From NCBI RefSeq assembly GCF_009914755.1, contig NC_060938.1: a DNA stretch of 64,000 nucleotides, one strand, 5' to 3'. Of this stretch, positions 17,803 to 36,796 are shown piece by piece. Source of the stretch: the human T2T-CHM13v2.0 reference genome, Homo sapiens. The first letter of the stretch is position 1; each line of letters begins with the position of its first letter. The position numbers and the translations under genes are program-made. The notes beneath the pieces were generated by a model. The model did no database searches. It saw only the letters and a list, made by a program, of their open reading frames with translations, and had not been told where the DNA came from.

Positions 17803-19713
17803 AGTGCCACCTTTTTCACTTAATTATTTTCTCATGTTATTACATAATCTTTGAAAATGTTTTTAGTGCCTGTATGAAATTATTAGTGGACCACATATTC
17901 AATCGTTATTTATAGGACATTGTTATACTTTTTGTGCTTTAAGAACTTTTATAATAAGGTGACATGAACAACTTTGTGCTAAAAACCTTGTACGCATATT
18001 TGACTCTATCCTTTAGCAACAATTTCTTACCTTCAAGATAAGAATACCTTTTCAAGTTTCTTGGCCATATTGCCAGATTGCTTTAAGAAGGTTACACCAG
18101 TTGGTACCACCATGAGCAGTATGTCTTTCTTATTCTAAACGCCACTAATAACAATTATTTTAAAAAAAGTTTGATTCGATGAAAAATGTATCTTTTTGTG
18201 TTGATTTGAGCCTCTTAACTTTGATATAATCTTTTTCATATGGGTAACAGTAAGAAAAAATATATTTACCTGAAAATTTCCTGAAACCACCGAAATTCTT
18301 TCTGACAAAATTAAACCTTTTGTGGTATATTTGTTTAGCAGTATCGAAAAAAGTGCATGTATTAAAGTAAGTTTGGCTGTGTCTTTTAAAATGAAATACT
18401 TACATTTCTGTTTTATTAATTTATCAGAAGGAAGTTGGTTTTGATCATTAGCATTAAAAAAACCTTTTGTTATCTTAGATTTAGTGATTTTCAACTACTT
18501 GCTCAGAGTCGATAAGTTTTCTGTAAAATTCATATCCTTGAAATGTGAATATCACACCAACCGATAATTGCTTATTAGAGATAAAGAGTTTTTAGAAATA
18601 ACATTATAATTTAATATTACAAAACGTACAATGCTAGCTTTTAAATTTTGATATTTAGAAGATATAAGAACGCAACTACAGTAGCAGCTGTGTTGGGAAA
18701 ATAATAAAGAACGGGTTTTACTTATCTTGAAAACTTTAAAATGTAAAATAAAGTGTAATTGGACATTTATACACTATAATTTTTATGGTACACTCCAGAG
18801 GCTATCCGTGAATTTTTAATTAATTAATCATAGCTAAATCTACATTTAGATTTTTAAAGATTACATAAACATTTTTAATAACTCATTCCTTTCTTTTAAT
18901 CTTAGGGGGAAATGTCTGCTTTGGTCATTGAGATTCTACTGGGAAGACTCAGATTTACTATAGAATCTGTTATTTTACTTTGTCTATCCAGCTATGACAA
19001 GACAATAATTTTTCTTTTTATTGAACTAACAGCAGGTTCAGATGTCCTTGTCTGTCAAAACATATATTTAAAAATCAGCTATTTTGCAGTTTGGTTGTCA
19101 AGCTATATTCCAAGATAAATTACAATGTAGGTAGGTAGGTAGATACATTGATTTATATCTATATTTACATTTGTATATCTAGTATGTATGATAAGTCACT
19201 AATCACTGGTCTGGATGGAGGGTTAAAGCAGTGGTCTTACAGATACAAGAAGGTAAGTATTTTTTTCATGAAGTATTTTTTAATTGCTATACCAATAATG
19301 AAAGATAAAATGCAGTATTTTGCTCTGTAATTATTGCTGTTTTTACCATTCTGAACAGCAAGAGGATGTCTTACATCATTATATCTTGTTTAGGCATTGG
19401 TCAGCCTATTTTCGTTTGTTTGTTTCTGATTACTCTAGGTTTTCTTGATTTGTGAAATAATCGTATTAGCTTTTTGAAAGGATTTTAATATTGTGTTAGT
19501 AAGGTAGAATAATGATAGCCATCTTTAATTGTGACGGCATTGTGTCAAGCAATATATGTCATTAACTCAGTTATTCCTTGCCTGTGACTCAGTGAAGTTG
19601 ATGTCCCATTTTGCAGATGAGGAAACAGATTTACAGGGGGGTAACCCAAAGTTACCAAGTTAGTAAGTTGGAGATAGAGCTTGCATAGAAATCCAGGCCT
19701 ATTTTAAGTATAG

Positions 19714-20042
<329 letters not shown>

Positions 20043-20259
20043 CCTTTGTTTCCTCTTAATTTTATTGTTGATAGTCTATACAACTCTTTCTGAGGCCAGT
20101 TGAAGAACTCAAAGATTTGGAAGTTCAGTTCATTTCGTGAGTAGAATGCTTTCTTTGTGCAGCTGTGAAACAGAAAGCAGCTCTTTGGAGAACTACTTGA
20201 GAAATTATTTATACTTGATTTACTGTATGCAGTGAATTCTTTCCATTGTTAAACAGTAG

Positions 20260-22023
<1,764 letters not shown>

Positions 22024-24389
22024 TAAACTGTAAGAAGAGATTTCTGTAAGACTCACTGCTTTTTCATACTATTAATTAGAGTAGTACTTACTAAAATATG
22101 CTTCTGTTAATATTCCCCCTTCCACTGTGTTATTAAAATAAGCTTTCTTGAATGAAGAAGTAGGTGATTATCTTAGAAAAGGTTTTGGTATGAACACCAA
22201 GAACATATTTTTTGGTTGCAATACTTGAATACGTCAATTTGTTCTTGATGGTGTCAAGAACACCAGTTTCTAAGCCAGTTGCCACCTGTTAATGTTTTGC
22301 TGGGAATAACAAAAATTAGCCCTCTTCCTTTGTATAGCAATAGCAACAATAAAATATATAATTATTTAAGGGCACCAAACCAGTTTTAATCAACTCTTAT
22401 ACAGTATATGACACTGAACTTTCAAAATTAGATCACTCAGCCTATTATATAAGAGTTTTACAAATATTACTTTAGATCTGATTATGTACATTGAGAATTG
22501 TGGCTCTTTTTTTAAGTCTGTATCTTTGGTTTTATTTCTTGCTTACTCAAGTTTTAGGCGTTACGAAAATACTATTTTTTTCTATAATTTCACACATTAT
22601 TCTTAAAGTTTATTAAATTCAGATTTGTAGTTTATATTGACATTTGGTATCCATTAATTGATGTAAGATGCCCCCATAATAACAGTGATGGTGTTCTGGT
22701 TAAAGTAATAGCTTATTTATTTCAGGTTTTTGGAGAATTGTGCAAATTTGGATAGGTGATTTTATATTCTGTCAGTGTGTGTTGGCCTCTTTATTTCAGA
22801 GTTATTTCTTGCTGTGTTCTTCTGCCCAAGATAGTTTGTTTATTTGGTTCTGGTTTTTATGGAATCTGCTTCTTGAATAGAATCAGAAAAATCAGGTCTT
22901 TTGTTGTTAGTACCTTAGCATTTTTAGCCTCTACCCCTATTCCCTTTATTTATGCTTGTATCATTAGTTTTAAAGTTATAGTCTGTTTGATACAGTAATG
23001 TTCAGTCATTTATTAAAAGTTAAGCTGGATTTTGTTTGTACAAACATTATGAAACATATGAATATATGCTTTTTCTCAAAGATGTTAATTTCACCCGAAG
23101 TATTTTAAAAGTCCATATTGTGGTAAACATTTTCTTAGATTTTTTTGGGGGTCAAGTTTCTAGCCAGATTAATTTCTAATGGGAACGTAAAGAAATTTTC
23201 TAGTACCTAAAGAAGAATATAGTTTATCAAACCTAAATATTGAGAACTAATTATATCTGAAGTGGTTATAACCATTTGGTGACAGTAGAGTAATTAAATT
23301 CCCTCGAGTCTTTGACCTGGATATAGTTCTCTCTTTTTTTTTTTTTTTGTAAACAACCTGAAATGCTTGTAGTGATTTCTCACACAAATCATATCAGATA
23401 TGTTCACAGTATGCAAGAAACCATTGGATTTTAAAATATAGCTTAATTTTTAAAGTTATCAAAATGAATTTTAAGTCAACATGCTATGATAGAAAAATAT
23501 TGCTGTTCTGAATATTGTGGAAATGTAAATACTGAAAAAATGTGTACAAAAATATGTAGTAAATTCATGCGTTTATATTTAAAATGTCATTTCCTTTTCA
23601 TGGGGACTGTGAGGTGTTCTGTTTTTTAGGAAAAGTTACCTGAAAGGTGTTATTTGCTTCTCGGTGCTGTTCTTTAAGCTATATTAGCCCTTGTTTTTCT
23701 AGGCTCTAGCTTTTGTTTTCTTTTGTTTGTACTGCTTTTTTTTAATTTAAATAACTCAATTAAATGTTAATAAGAGATAATGAAATAAAAATATCTGCTT
23801 TGGTGGAAGAAATGTAATAGTCTGTGGGCTGTTTAAAAACATTTTTTTGCCTGGGGCAGGCATTGCACAGGCTTTTTTAATTTGAGCTTCATTGGGTTTA
23901 GAATACAAATAAGAGCAAAACTAAAGCACTTAAATGTGTTGGGGGTTTTTTAATTGGTTTTTATCATAACTAAATATAGGGGTTTTGTTGGGAGTTTACT
24001 TGGGCTTTTTGAAAGGTTGGAGGTGGTAGAAGGGGATTTGTTTTGGTTCTTATTATTTAAAAATTACAGAGACTCTCAAATACTGTTTAAAGATACTTGT
24101 TTATGTTAACATTATCTGTTACAGTCCTGTCTGACAATTTAGAAGAAATGTTTCTGGGCTATCCTTCCTTACATACTGTACTACTGAAACCTGTCAACCA
24201 TCATGTTACTGCTTGGCCATTCATATACCTATGCATAAACCATAGGTAGATTTTATCCTAAAGAATATGAAGGTGTCGATAAGTTCTCCAACGATTTCTT
24301 TTCATTTTATTTTAAGGTAGGTGGTGGTGGTAGTGTAGAGAGATGGAATTTAGGAAATAGACTTTAAAGTACTAAAATAAAGTATGCTA

Positions 24390-24600
24390 AAATAGGAGGT
24401 AATCTAGTTTAGTGACATGGAGTCAGATACCTTTGTTAGTATGTGGGCTCCACTGTTGTGACTCTAGGAAAGCTACTTACAAACCTCAGCTTCCTCATCT
24501 TAAAATGAGATGATTATAGTATCTATCTCATAGGGTTGTTGTGAGGACTAAGGAGTTAAGTTCCTGGCACACAGTAAATGCTTACTAGTGCTGCTGTGAC
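24390..24600 (+). mobile_element. MIR
   Basis: cctcagcttcctcatc..aaaatgag..atctcatagggttgttgtgagga..cctggcacacagtaaatgct. Confidence 0.75.
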
Positions 24601-26659
24601 TGTTCAAGGCCAGTTAGTTATGCTGCACAGTGTAGCCTGTCGTTTAACCTTACTAATTCAGTGGTATAAAATTAAAGTAGAAGAAAGTGATTAAATGTAG
24701 AAATAAACTAGAGATAGTCTAAGTGTGCCATTGTGAAACTCAATAGTAAAAATAAAAAATTCTGATTCCCTAGTTTCTTACATAATGCCAATAGGAAAAA
24801 CATTTTTATTAACATCAATTTAGTGACATGGACCTTATTTTGGCAGTAATATGTCATATAACATCTTTTTTAGTCACGTAACAAGTGATTGTTTTCATAC
24901 GTCCTGTCATTAGTCAAGTTCTTTGGTTAAAACTGAATTTCATCAATAATGGTTTGTGATTACTGAGACAGGAAATATGTTTTAAGTTCAAACTAAGTCA
25001 TTTTCTGTTGATCTCTTGTTTTGTACTTAATTTTTCTTTTTAAATTATAAGGCATATCTTTATGACTAATATTTTAAGAAATGAAAACTACATAGAAGCT
25101 ATATGGTAGAAAAATGTCCTGTGTTTTCTAGCCTGTATTACTTTTAAGGAAGTCGTTTTCTTTTGGACCGTTTAAACTTATTTCCTGTGTGATTCAATAC
25201 TGTTGTTATAGCATATTTTCTGTGTCACTTAATGGATTACAAAGAATAGCCCGAGTGGAGAGGTTTGTGTTTACTTACTATTCTTTGTGCTTTTTTTCTG
25301 AATTGTTTAACTTCTATTTCTCTGTGAAATTTATTTTAAATATAATGTTTGAGTCACTATTCTGTAAGCATGAAATAGGATCCTAATATAATATTGTGTT
25401 GGGAACCAAAAATAATCTTCAAAGAAACAATTATTTAAAGAAAAGTCAGATCTTTTCAATAAAAATTTATGAGGGTTTGTGCTATACACATAAATTGAAG
25501 GTGTGTTATTTTGTACCCAGATATCATTGAGCATTAGACAGAAGATAAAGACCAGTAAACAGACAATAAAATGCAAATTGTAGCTTTTGTACTTTACTAA
25601 ATAGAAGGACTCTCAAGTCTAATAAACTTAATTTTCTGATTTCCCAGTTCACATGGAAAGTTAGAAGCAGTAAATTAGTAGAAGGGATGGGTACTTATAG
25701 AAGCTGAAGTAATGACAGCAGAAGAAATACACAGCTAACCCTAAAAGAGAAGCTGTAATAACTGTACAAGCCAAAGCAGGAAACCCAGCGGTGTGTGGTC
25801 ATTAAATGCAGGGACAGACTATCATTTTAATAGTGTTCAAAGACATCATAATAGCATAACTTAATACTGTATTAAAGTATAATGCTATACTCATTGTATA
25901 TGTGGCTGACCTTGATTTCATTAAGGAAAGATGTTCTTTACTGTGAAAAAAGCTTAGACATATATAAAACTGCACAGAAGAATGCTTATTAAATACAGCA
26001 AAATAGGTTTGGCAAAATTATCTTCCTTTACAACAATATCAAGAAAAGTGGTGTTTATTGGTGAAGCAAATAAATGTTTGTATATAGAATTCCCAAAACC
26101 AGCCCATGCCAGATTTTTTCAAGTAGGAACAAACATTACAGTGTTTTTCTTTCTCTCAGCAGTGAAGTTCTGGGAATCCAACGGTTACATTTTCATACCA
26201 CCTCTAATTACTGTCTTAATATTCTGGCAGGCCATTAAATCTGTGCCTCAATTTCCTCAACTGTAAAACAGGAATAATAACCGTCTAGACCTGTCTCACA
26301 GTTAACTGTCAGACTCCAATGAGCTTAAACCTAATGACTGTAGAAATGTGAAAATGCTTTATGTATTGTAGGTTCATTATATAAACAAAGACAGTGATGT
26401 CTTTCATTTGTAAGGATGTGTCCCCTCTCAAAAATGTCACTTCGAATACATGTGTTCATCACTACTGACCCTTTATTAAGGGACTCTCCTGAAAGTGGAT
26501 GCAAAATTGTATCTAACGGGTTGATATCTTTCATCCCATTCACAAAGGACTAAAAAGGATTAGAAATCACCTATAAAAGTATAAGTAATACTTAAGCTAT
26601 ATTTGTTTGGCTGGTGGACTTGTGGAAAATATCAGTAAGGATGTGCAAATTATCTTTAA

Positions 26660-26972
<313 letters not shown>

Positions 26973-27759
26973 ATAGCTAATAATTTTGTTACTGTTTGCT
27001 CTGGTTCCTTGGCTTGTCAAAAAGTAGGCCAGTCCTTTAAAATGTTTTCACAGATGGAAATTATTTTAATTCAGAATTGATGCTTAGAAATTGGGCAGTG
27101 TTTGGCTTCCCAGAAAATGACACTTAAAAACATTTATTTATTTACTTATTTTTTGTTATTTCCAACAAGAATGAGCTTGAAAAGCATTTGTTTTTTCATT
27201 GGAACAAAATCTTTGTATGTTGATGGTAGCATCGTTCTTGGCTGACAAAGAAACTAAGAAAGGGAAAAACTATTTAGATAAAGTGGATTTCATGCCTAGA
27301 CTAAAACATTCCTTTTAGAATGTTTTTGCAAAATTACTTGAATGTTTATGTCTTTATATAGTAATTTTGTTGTTGGGTAAAATCCCTTTTATCCTGAACA
27401 TTACAATGTGTTTCAGAATGTTTGCAGATGCCTTTTCTTTTTCTGAGATATATATATACTTGTTTCATACTTTTGTCATCTTTCTTAAGAATTTAATTTC
27501 CTAATAGCATTTTTTCTGATCTTTTTGAAGTACTAAATGCCTATTTTTATTTTCGTGATCTTTCCAGATTTACACCTTTTCCCCCCACGATAAACATTTC
27601 TCACTGGAAAGAACACTTGAGCAATTTCCTCTGTCTAAATTTTTATTAATTTAATTGAAATTGAGCTACTGCAAGATGCCAACCATAGCAGTACATGACA
27701 ACTAGAAAGTGACTTATTACATATTATTTCTTTCATAAATTAATCAGGTATATGATTGA

Positions 27760-28055
<296 letters not shown>

Positions 28056-28559
28056 GACATCATTTTTAAATAGCATCTTTATCTGTGTGTATTTATACTC
28101 ACAGCTTCCAATTTTTGAGATAGAATTTGGATAGCCATTACCTCCTACCTCATTAAATTTTGCTCTTTGGGCATCCCAGCTATTCTAAAAGTATATTAGT
28201 GCCTTTAATGCTTTCTATGCTTTTATTCACAGAGTAGAACCAACTGATAGTCTATAATTGTAATACTACCATAAAAAATAAATAGTTGCACTAAAATAAT
28301 TCATTTTAGAATGTGTAGAATTTTCCTTATCTCATTGAGATAAATGTGAAGTAACTCCTGAGGTGGGAGGTATGTATTATGGATTAAACTTCCTTTGTTA
28401 TCTTCAGGAATGGACCAGATCACAGCTGTCTAAAATGTAAGAGGATATTTTTGGTTTGTCCATGAATTGAACTTAGGCATTTAGTAAATGCTTAAACTTA
28501 ATTGAGTGATTGCATCAGTATAACAAAAGGAAACAGCTAAATTATCTGAAGGGTCCTCT

Positions 28560-28896
<337 letters not shown>

Positions 28897-30595
28897 TAAA
28901 CTTATTATGATTGTGAAGTCAGTCTTTTTAACACAAATAAATGATTAGAAAGTTGAGATTTGTACGTTAGAAAAAATACATTTCAAAATATACAACTCTC
29001 TGGATATATACCCTTGGAAGTATTTTATACTTCTTGTCATTCACGGTTTTTGAATTGCTTGCATGTTTTTTCTTTTTTACCTACACATGCATAAAGTTTA
29101 GTTGTACTAGAGTGCTAATTTTTCACTATCTGCATTTTATGCTCTTACTATTGAATTAATTTCATTCTTCTTTGCCAGAGATACTGGGTTTTAAGCAGTG
29201 TCAAAATGTCAACTCCAAAAACAGTTTTTAAAGTATTTTCTCCCTTCTCTCTGATTCCCTAGTTAAAAGATTAAATTTTTTTTTTTTGGTTCACTATTTT
29301 TCTTCTATAAAGTTAAACAATTCAAAAAGAGTTTATTACAATTGGATTCTGGAAGGGAATATTTATCAAGTGTGGCTATAACATATGTGACTGTATGTGC
29401 TTACAGCAAATTATTTTAAGCTTTAAAGACACATTTTCCCTCTTTGGCTGGAATAGAACTGGACCCCTACTCGACTATTCCAAATAGAGATGTTCTGTAA
29501 GTAGCACATTCCCAGGGGCATGGCTTAATCTTACATACTGTGACCATAAATTGTAATATAGCATTTTCACTTGAATGTGTGATACTGTTAAAGCAGTTGC
29601 CATAGTCAACATTTTGAAAATTCTTGTAACAGTAGGTGTTTACCCCCTGAATATTATAAGAGACAGCATAGACAGTAATCATAATTCCACTTTAACATTG
29701 TTCACTGGATGCCTAAACTTTCCTCTTGATGTGTTTCCAAGACTGTTAAGAAAGTAAGTGCATCATAATATGCAGCTATTTTGCAGATAACAAAATATAA
29801 ATGGTGTATTACTAGCAAAAAAAATTGTTTTCTTAAGAAACCAAGAAACATTTTGACTAAAAGTGGACACTGTAGTTTGTCTTTTCACCCCAGTACTATG
29901 GAATAATTAGCTTTTACTTAAGATTAACACCATTAAGTCTTCAGTAGAAGGAAGATAGTAAAGAAAACCGTCTCATGTTTCTCTTCTTCCTGTTCTGTAT
30001 GATTACGTACTGCTTTTATCCCAAATCCTTCAGAATAATTTTGGTACATTTTATGGATTAAATTATCTTCTATAAATTATGTCTGGGTAAATTTTACTCT
30101 GCTATTTTGGCTGAAACAGTATCTAGAACTAGAAAAAATGTTTGAAAGTTTCTTGATGTAGTTGGATTGACCTGTAAATTGAGCATAGTAGTTTGTTACA
30201 AATAATGCTTTATAAATAATAGCATAATAGTTTGTAACAACTGTAGAATAGAAATCTTTAATATAATATTTCACAAAATAATTCTTGAATTGAGTTTTAA
30301 AATAGTGATTTAAATTCCATAACCTGAGTTAAACCTTATTGGTGTCTAAGAACTGTTAGCAGGTATACCAATTGTTCATCTGATTTTTCATTTCTTCCCT
30401 CAATTGGCTTGTTTTCTTCTCTGCTTTGTTTCATCCTTCATCCATTGATTGCCCTTCCCTAATACATGTTTTCTCCTTTGTGGCAATGCTGATTGCATTT
30501 TCATTTCATTGAAGTCATGGTTGTCAGGAATTGGCAAAGTATGTAATGTGCCTTGTAGCTGTGGTCACAAAAAGGCAACCTTATCTTTCTAGATA

Positions 30596-30802
30596 AGCAC
30601 TGTTCAATATAACTTTGTGTGATGATGGAAATGTTCTATATCTGCACTGTCCAGTAATGGTAACCACTAGCTACATGTAGCAACGGAGCACTTGAAGTAT
30701 GATTCATCAATCTCAGGAACTGAATTTTTATTTTTATTTAATTTTAATTTAAGTTTAAATAGCCACATATGGCTAATGGCTACTGCATTGGACAACAGTT
30801 GT
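30596..30802. mobile_element. MER3-type hAT MITE
   Basis: cactgttcaatataactt..tgatgatggaaatgttctatatctgcactgtcc..tagccacatatggcta..ttggaca. Confidence 0.8.
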
Positions 30803-31920
30803 AGATGACCGGATTTAATCAGCATCTTTTGCTGTCATAGGCCATATATAATTTTTGTATACATGGACTTTTACCCCACAAGTAAAGGAATTTAAAGGAA
30901 GTTTCATGTTTGGAAAGAATGTTTCTGTGCTAACTTGTGTTTTTATTCATATTTAGCATCAAAATGCCCTTTCTCAAAAGCAAAATGATTCCCAAATTAT
31001 TTAGATCACACAGTTGTTTTGTTTTATATTTAAATGGATGAAAATCATTTTACATTTTGCTTTAGAAACCCAAATCGGTCAATTTTTGTGGTTTTGTAAG
31101 ATCTGTGTAGTTCTACTAAGCCATTGTTGTGATGTTCTCATGTTGTATGCTTGGCTTTAGTACAAACTAAAAAAAGTACAAACAATAAAGTACAAACATT
31201 TTTGCTTGTTTGTACTTTATTTTTTGTAGATTAAGCTATGAGTTCCTGTGCTTGCCAATTTGCCAATATTTGCTTCCTAAAGTTGAGAGGACCAGAGCCA
31301 GGGGCATGGAGTTGAATAAAGTTTGATGGTAATGAAGTACCTTTAGAGTAAAATATATTCATGCTATGTTGAATTAACACACTGGTTTTGCAGCTTCACA
31401 ACCAGAGGTTTCATTTAATGCTGCCAAAATTATGGCACAGGGTACTGTGAGATAAACTTACTGCCTTACTCCTTGTCATCAACAGTGAAATATACTGTCT
31501 TTGCTGCTTTTACAATACGAATATAAGAAACTAATGTCCTCTTCCCATTAGTGGAAACTAATCAATACTGTGCTTTTAAGGTTGACTTAATTAACGGGGT
31601 AATAGAGGAATATGGGACCAAAATAAATGAAACTTTCAGGAAAAGATTTAAACAACAGAGATCTTAAAAATAGGAAATTGAGGTTGAAGAGAAGATGGCA
31701 AGGCTAGATAATAAGTCAAAAACATTATTTTTAAAGAAACAATTTTCTTTAAATAAATGACAGATACTTTTTGTGTATTACCTGATATGATAGATTGACA
31801 GTATACATGTGAAAACAGTTTGGATTAATAAGTTCACTTTACCCATGAGGGTGGGAAGTCAAGGGAAAGCCAGGCTCAGCTGCTATTTACATCTCTGACC
31901 TAGGCTCTTGTTTGACCTAA

Positions 31921-32292
<372 letters not shown>

Positions 32293-32903
32293 TAGTCAAT
32301 TTTAAATCACTTGAGGGCAGTTACAGGATGTATATAGTGGGCCTTAGTCAGCTTTCCTTTTTTTTTTTCTCCCACTCCAAATTAATAATCATGCAATATT
32401 TTCCCCAATATTTTGACAGTATTTAATATAATATGAACAAATACAAACTGAGTGGTGAGCTTGTTGAGGAATAACAAATAATTCACTTAAACTTGATAAG
32501 CCAGTTTGATTGTTTTATTTCACTAAAATATGATATGATTTATTTTATATTGCCTAAAACTTGGTGCCTTTTATAATCATCAGGATCTGGTAAATGACAG
32601 AACTAACATACATAATTTATGTAAAGTGTGGTCAATTGGAGAGAGATATATATTTATATATATTTATTAAATTTTTCAAGCTCTGTATTGTGGTAAACAA
32701 AAACATCATTACTTTTTCCAGTAGTCCTAAGTAAGAAAGCATCCATTCATAACATTGTGGATAATTTTTCATTAAAATTCCAGTAACTACTTTATTCTTA
32801 ATTACATCAAATCTGCTGAATCTATGCCCTGAATTAGAAATATAAAAATCTATCCAAAAGACTTGGGCTTTAATTTATTTTAAGAATACAAAAACAGATA
32901 TAA

Positions 32904-33200
<297 letters not shown>

Positions 33201-33648
33201 CCAAAAATGGATATACATACTTTACATATGCCTGCTTAAGCAGTGCATATATTATACAAAATACTTTCATTAGCCTCTGTGTCCCAAAAGTACCATTTTA
33301 CAAATTATTTTCTAGCTACATTTTAATTTCAAATTCAAAAGGAAGAACATTTGATGAAATAACTGCTGTTAAGTGCATGGTAGGTTGGAACAGATAAACC
33401 CCTTCTCTTGTTAAAACCTTGTTCTCAAAACAAGCAAAATCCTTGTTTCTTTAAAATATTTTATTTCATACTCCCCTGAGATTTAAGACTTGCTTGTTTT
33501 CCTAGATTTTACAGTCAAGAACTTTGTCTTTAACGAGGCACCTCTGGAATATCTCGGAATGTGCTGTGATTCTGGGGGCTGCCCAGTTCACAAATTGTTC
33601 ATTGCTCAATTAAAACTCTTTTAAATTAAAAAAAAATAATAATAAAAA

Positions 33649-33945
33649 GGCTGGGCGCTGTGGCTCATGCCTGTAATCCCAGCACTTTGGGAGGCTGAGG
33701 TGGGCGGATCACCTGAGGTCAAGAGTTTTGAGACTAGCCAACATGGTGAAACCTCGTCTCTACTAAAAATAAAAAAAAAAAAATTAGCTGGGCCTGGTGG
33801 TACGCACCTGTAGTCCCAGCTACTCAGGGTGGCTGAGGCAGGAGAATTGCCTGAACCCAGGAGGTGGAGGTTGCAGTGAGCCAAGATTGCGTCACTGCAC
33901 TCCAGCCTAGGTGACAGAGGGAGACTCCATCTCAAAAAAAAAAAA
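33649..33945 (+). mobile_element. AluSx-like
   Basis: Full Alu with A tail. Confidence 0.95.
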
Positions 33946-34555
33946 GAACTTCGTCTTTCATAGATCATGTTCCTAATTAATTCTTCAGTAAGTCAAAATT
34001 CTATAAAAAGTAATATGGATTAATTAAACCAATATTTAAAATAGAAAAATGAGAAGACAATCAATTTAACAGAAACACTTGTTCTAGAAACCTTTTCTGA
34101 GCCCTTTGTTTTTGTGAGCCTTCCTGTTCTTTTTCCTTTCTACTTTGCCTTTTCCTGCCTGAAGTAACTTTTCTTTCTGCTGATGGATTTGGAGCATAGT
34201 CTCAACATGTAGAAAGAGCTCAGCGTTTTATTTTACTTTTTCTATTTTGTTTCTAACCTCTTCTTTTTGCCCCTTGAATAATACTTGCCAAAGGCAACTT
34301 TTTTGCTTTCTTACTCCATGTTTATATAAAACTTTTTTTTTTAACTTTTGCTTTTCAGTTTTTAAAAATTATTTCATTCTTTGCCACTAATGAGCCTGCT
34401 GGATACCACTTAGCAAACATATGCAGACAAATTAGTTTTTTGTCCTCTACTAGGTGGAATATTAAAGAGCTGTGTTCTAATGTTCTAACTCCAGCCAATC
34501 ACATACAATTTTCCCATGTTTTTCTAGGGTTTGGAATACATTACCATTCAAATGA

Positions 34556-34872
<317 letters not shown>

Positions 34873-36296
34873 CCTACTACTTATTTTTAAAGGGTTCACA
34901 TTATAGTTTTTGAAAAGTAGTCTTCTAATAATCAGCTTGTAGTTTTTGTTGAGGTTCCAGGATATTCCTAGTACAAAGGTTGCATATATCTTAAATAAGC
35001 TGATTTCATCATGGGTAAAGTAAAATAAAATTTATCTGTGGGGAATTAGGGAGAAACACCAATTTATTCATCTTCTGTAACTGTAAAAAAATTCAGGTAA
35101 AGTATATTGGTGTTATTCCTCAGTGTGAGTTACAGAATAGTAATCTCGTCTTTAAATAAGTATAGGATGATATGGTCATTTAAAATTTGGAAAAATTATC
35201 TAAAAGAAATGGTAGATGTGGCAACACTTTCATTACAAGTGCTATATAAATACTAGTAAATATACTAATTTATTTTAAACTTTAATGAATATGTAAGTGA
35301 CCACCCAAAAGGCAACTTGGTAAAATATATGTCCCCAAGGATTGGGAGTGAATTATCAATTTTCTTACAAAGAGAATTTGCATTTATTTTATAATGCTTA
35401 TAAGAATATACTGTTTCAGAATTATTTTTTAAAGTTTTATTTAAAAAATTGTGCGCTTTATAGGTGGGTTTTGTTGGCCTTTGCTAATTCTTCCCAGTTA
35501 GTAGGCCTAAAAAAGACAAATATTTAAAATATTTATAATACAAATATTAAGAGTTCTGCATTTATCATCCTAAATGTGTTATCTTTTTAATTCTAGTTAA
35601 TTGCCTGGAATGGAATGAAATCATCAGTGCATTTCAGGGAAGGGGAAAAACGCTTTAGTGTATTCTTAAAATTTATTTTTTAAAATACAAGATTAAAAAA
35701 TCTGTAATACAATAAGGTCATAGTAATAACTGAGAATTCATGATTAGGAATTCATAGGGGTCCCTTTGTGGTGCTCAGAAATGAATCCACCAACTATTTT
35801 TTTTGGTACTTTATTCAAAACACTCTTCTGGGTTTTTCTAGAATATAGAGACATATAAGAATAATGTAATCATACTCTTAGACTTTACATTTTAGTTGGA
35901 GAGACACATAGAAAGGTAACTAGCAGTATAACAGAATGTGTCAAGTGCCAATTAAGTGATACAGAAGGAAAGACGAAGACCAACTATTTTTCAGTCATTC
36001 ATAGTAGAAAAGTTAACAATTAAGATTGCATGTCAGTGGTGCTAGTGATAGCTGATAGTTTTAGACCTAAATTTCTACCTTTTCTTTTGCAGTGTTATAA
36101 AATAGTTGCTACCCTTACTCAAACTGGTAGTTTTGACATAGAAGCGTAAAAAAAGATTTATTTGTACCATTATTAGTTTAGGATAAAGTGCAGCCCTCCA
36201 GGAATATGTTTTCTAACAAGTTATGTGAAAATAATGGACTTTTTTATTTCTGTTAGAGGATTGTGACAATAGGAATTCAAGAGACATCAGCATTTA

Positions 36297-36796
<500 letters not shown>

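Noticed and set aside
24296-24322. Pyrimidine tract + aag|gtaggt as an intronic recursive site
   Set aside because: AAG acceptor, intron only 9.9 kb, no downstream RS-exon donor seen; chance is likely
29110-29180. Good-looking acceptor ttcttctttgccag at 29178
   Set aside because: No plausible donor within exon distance
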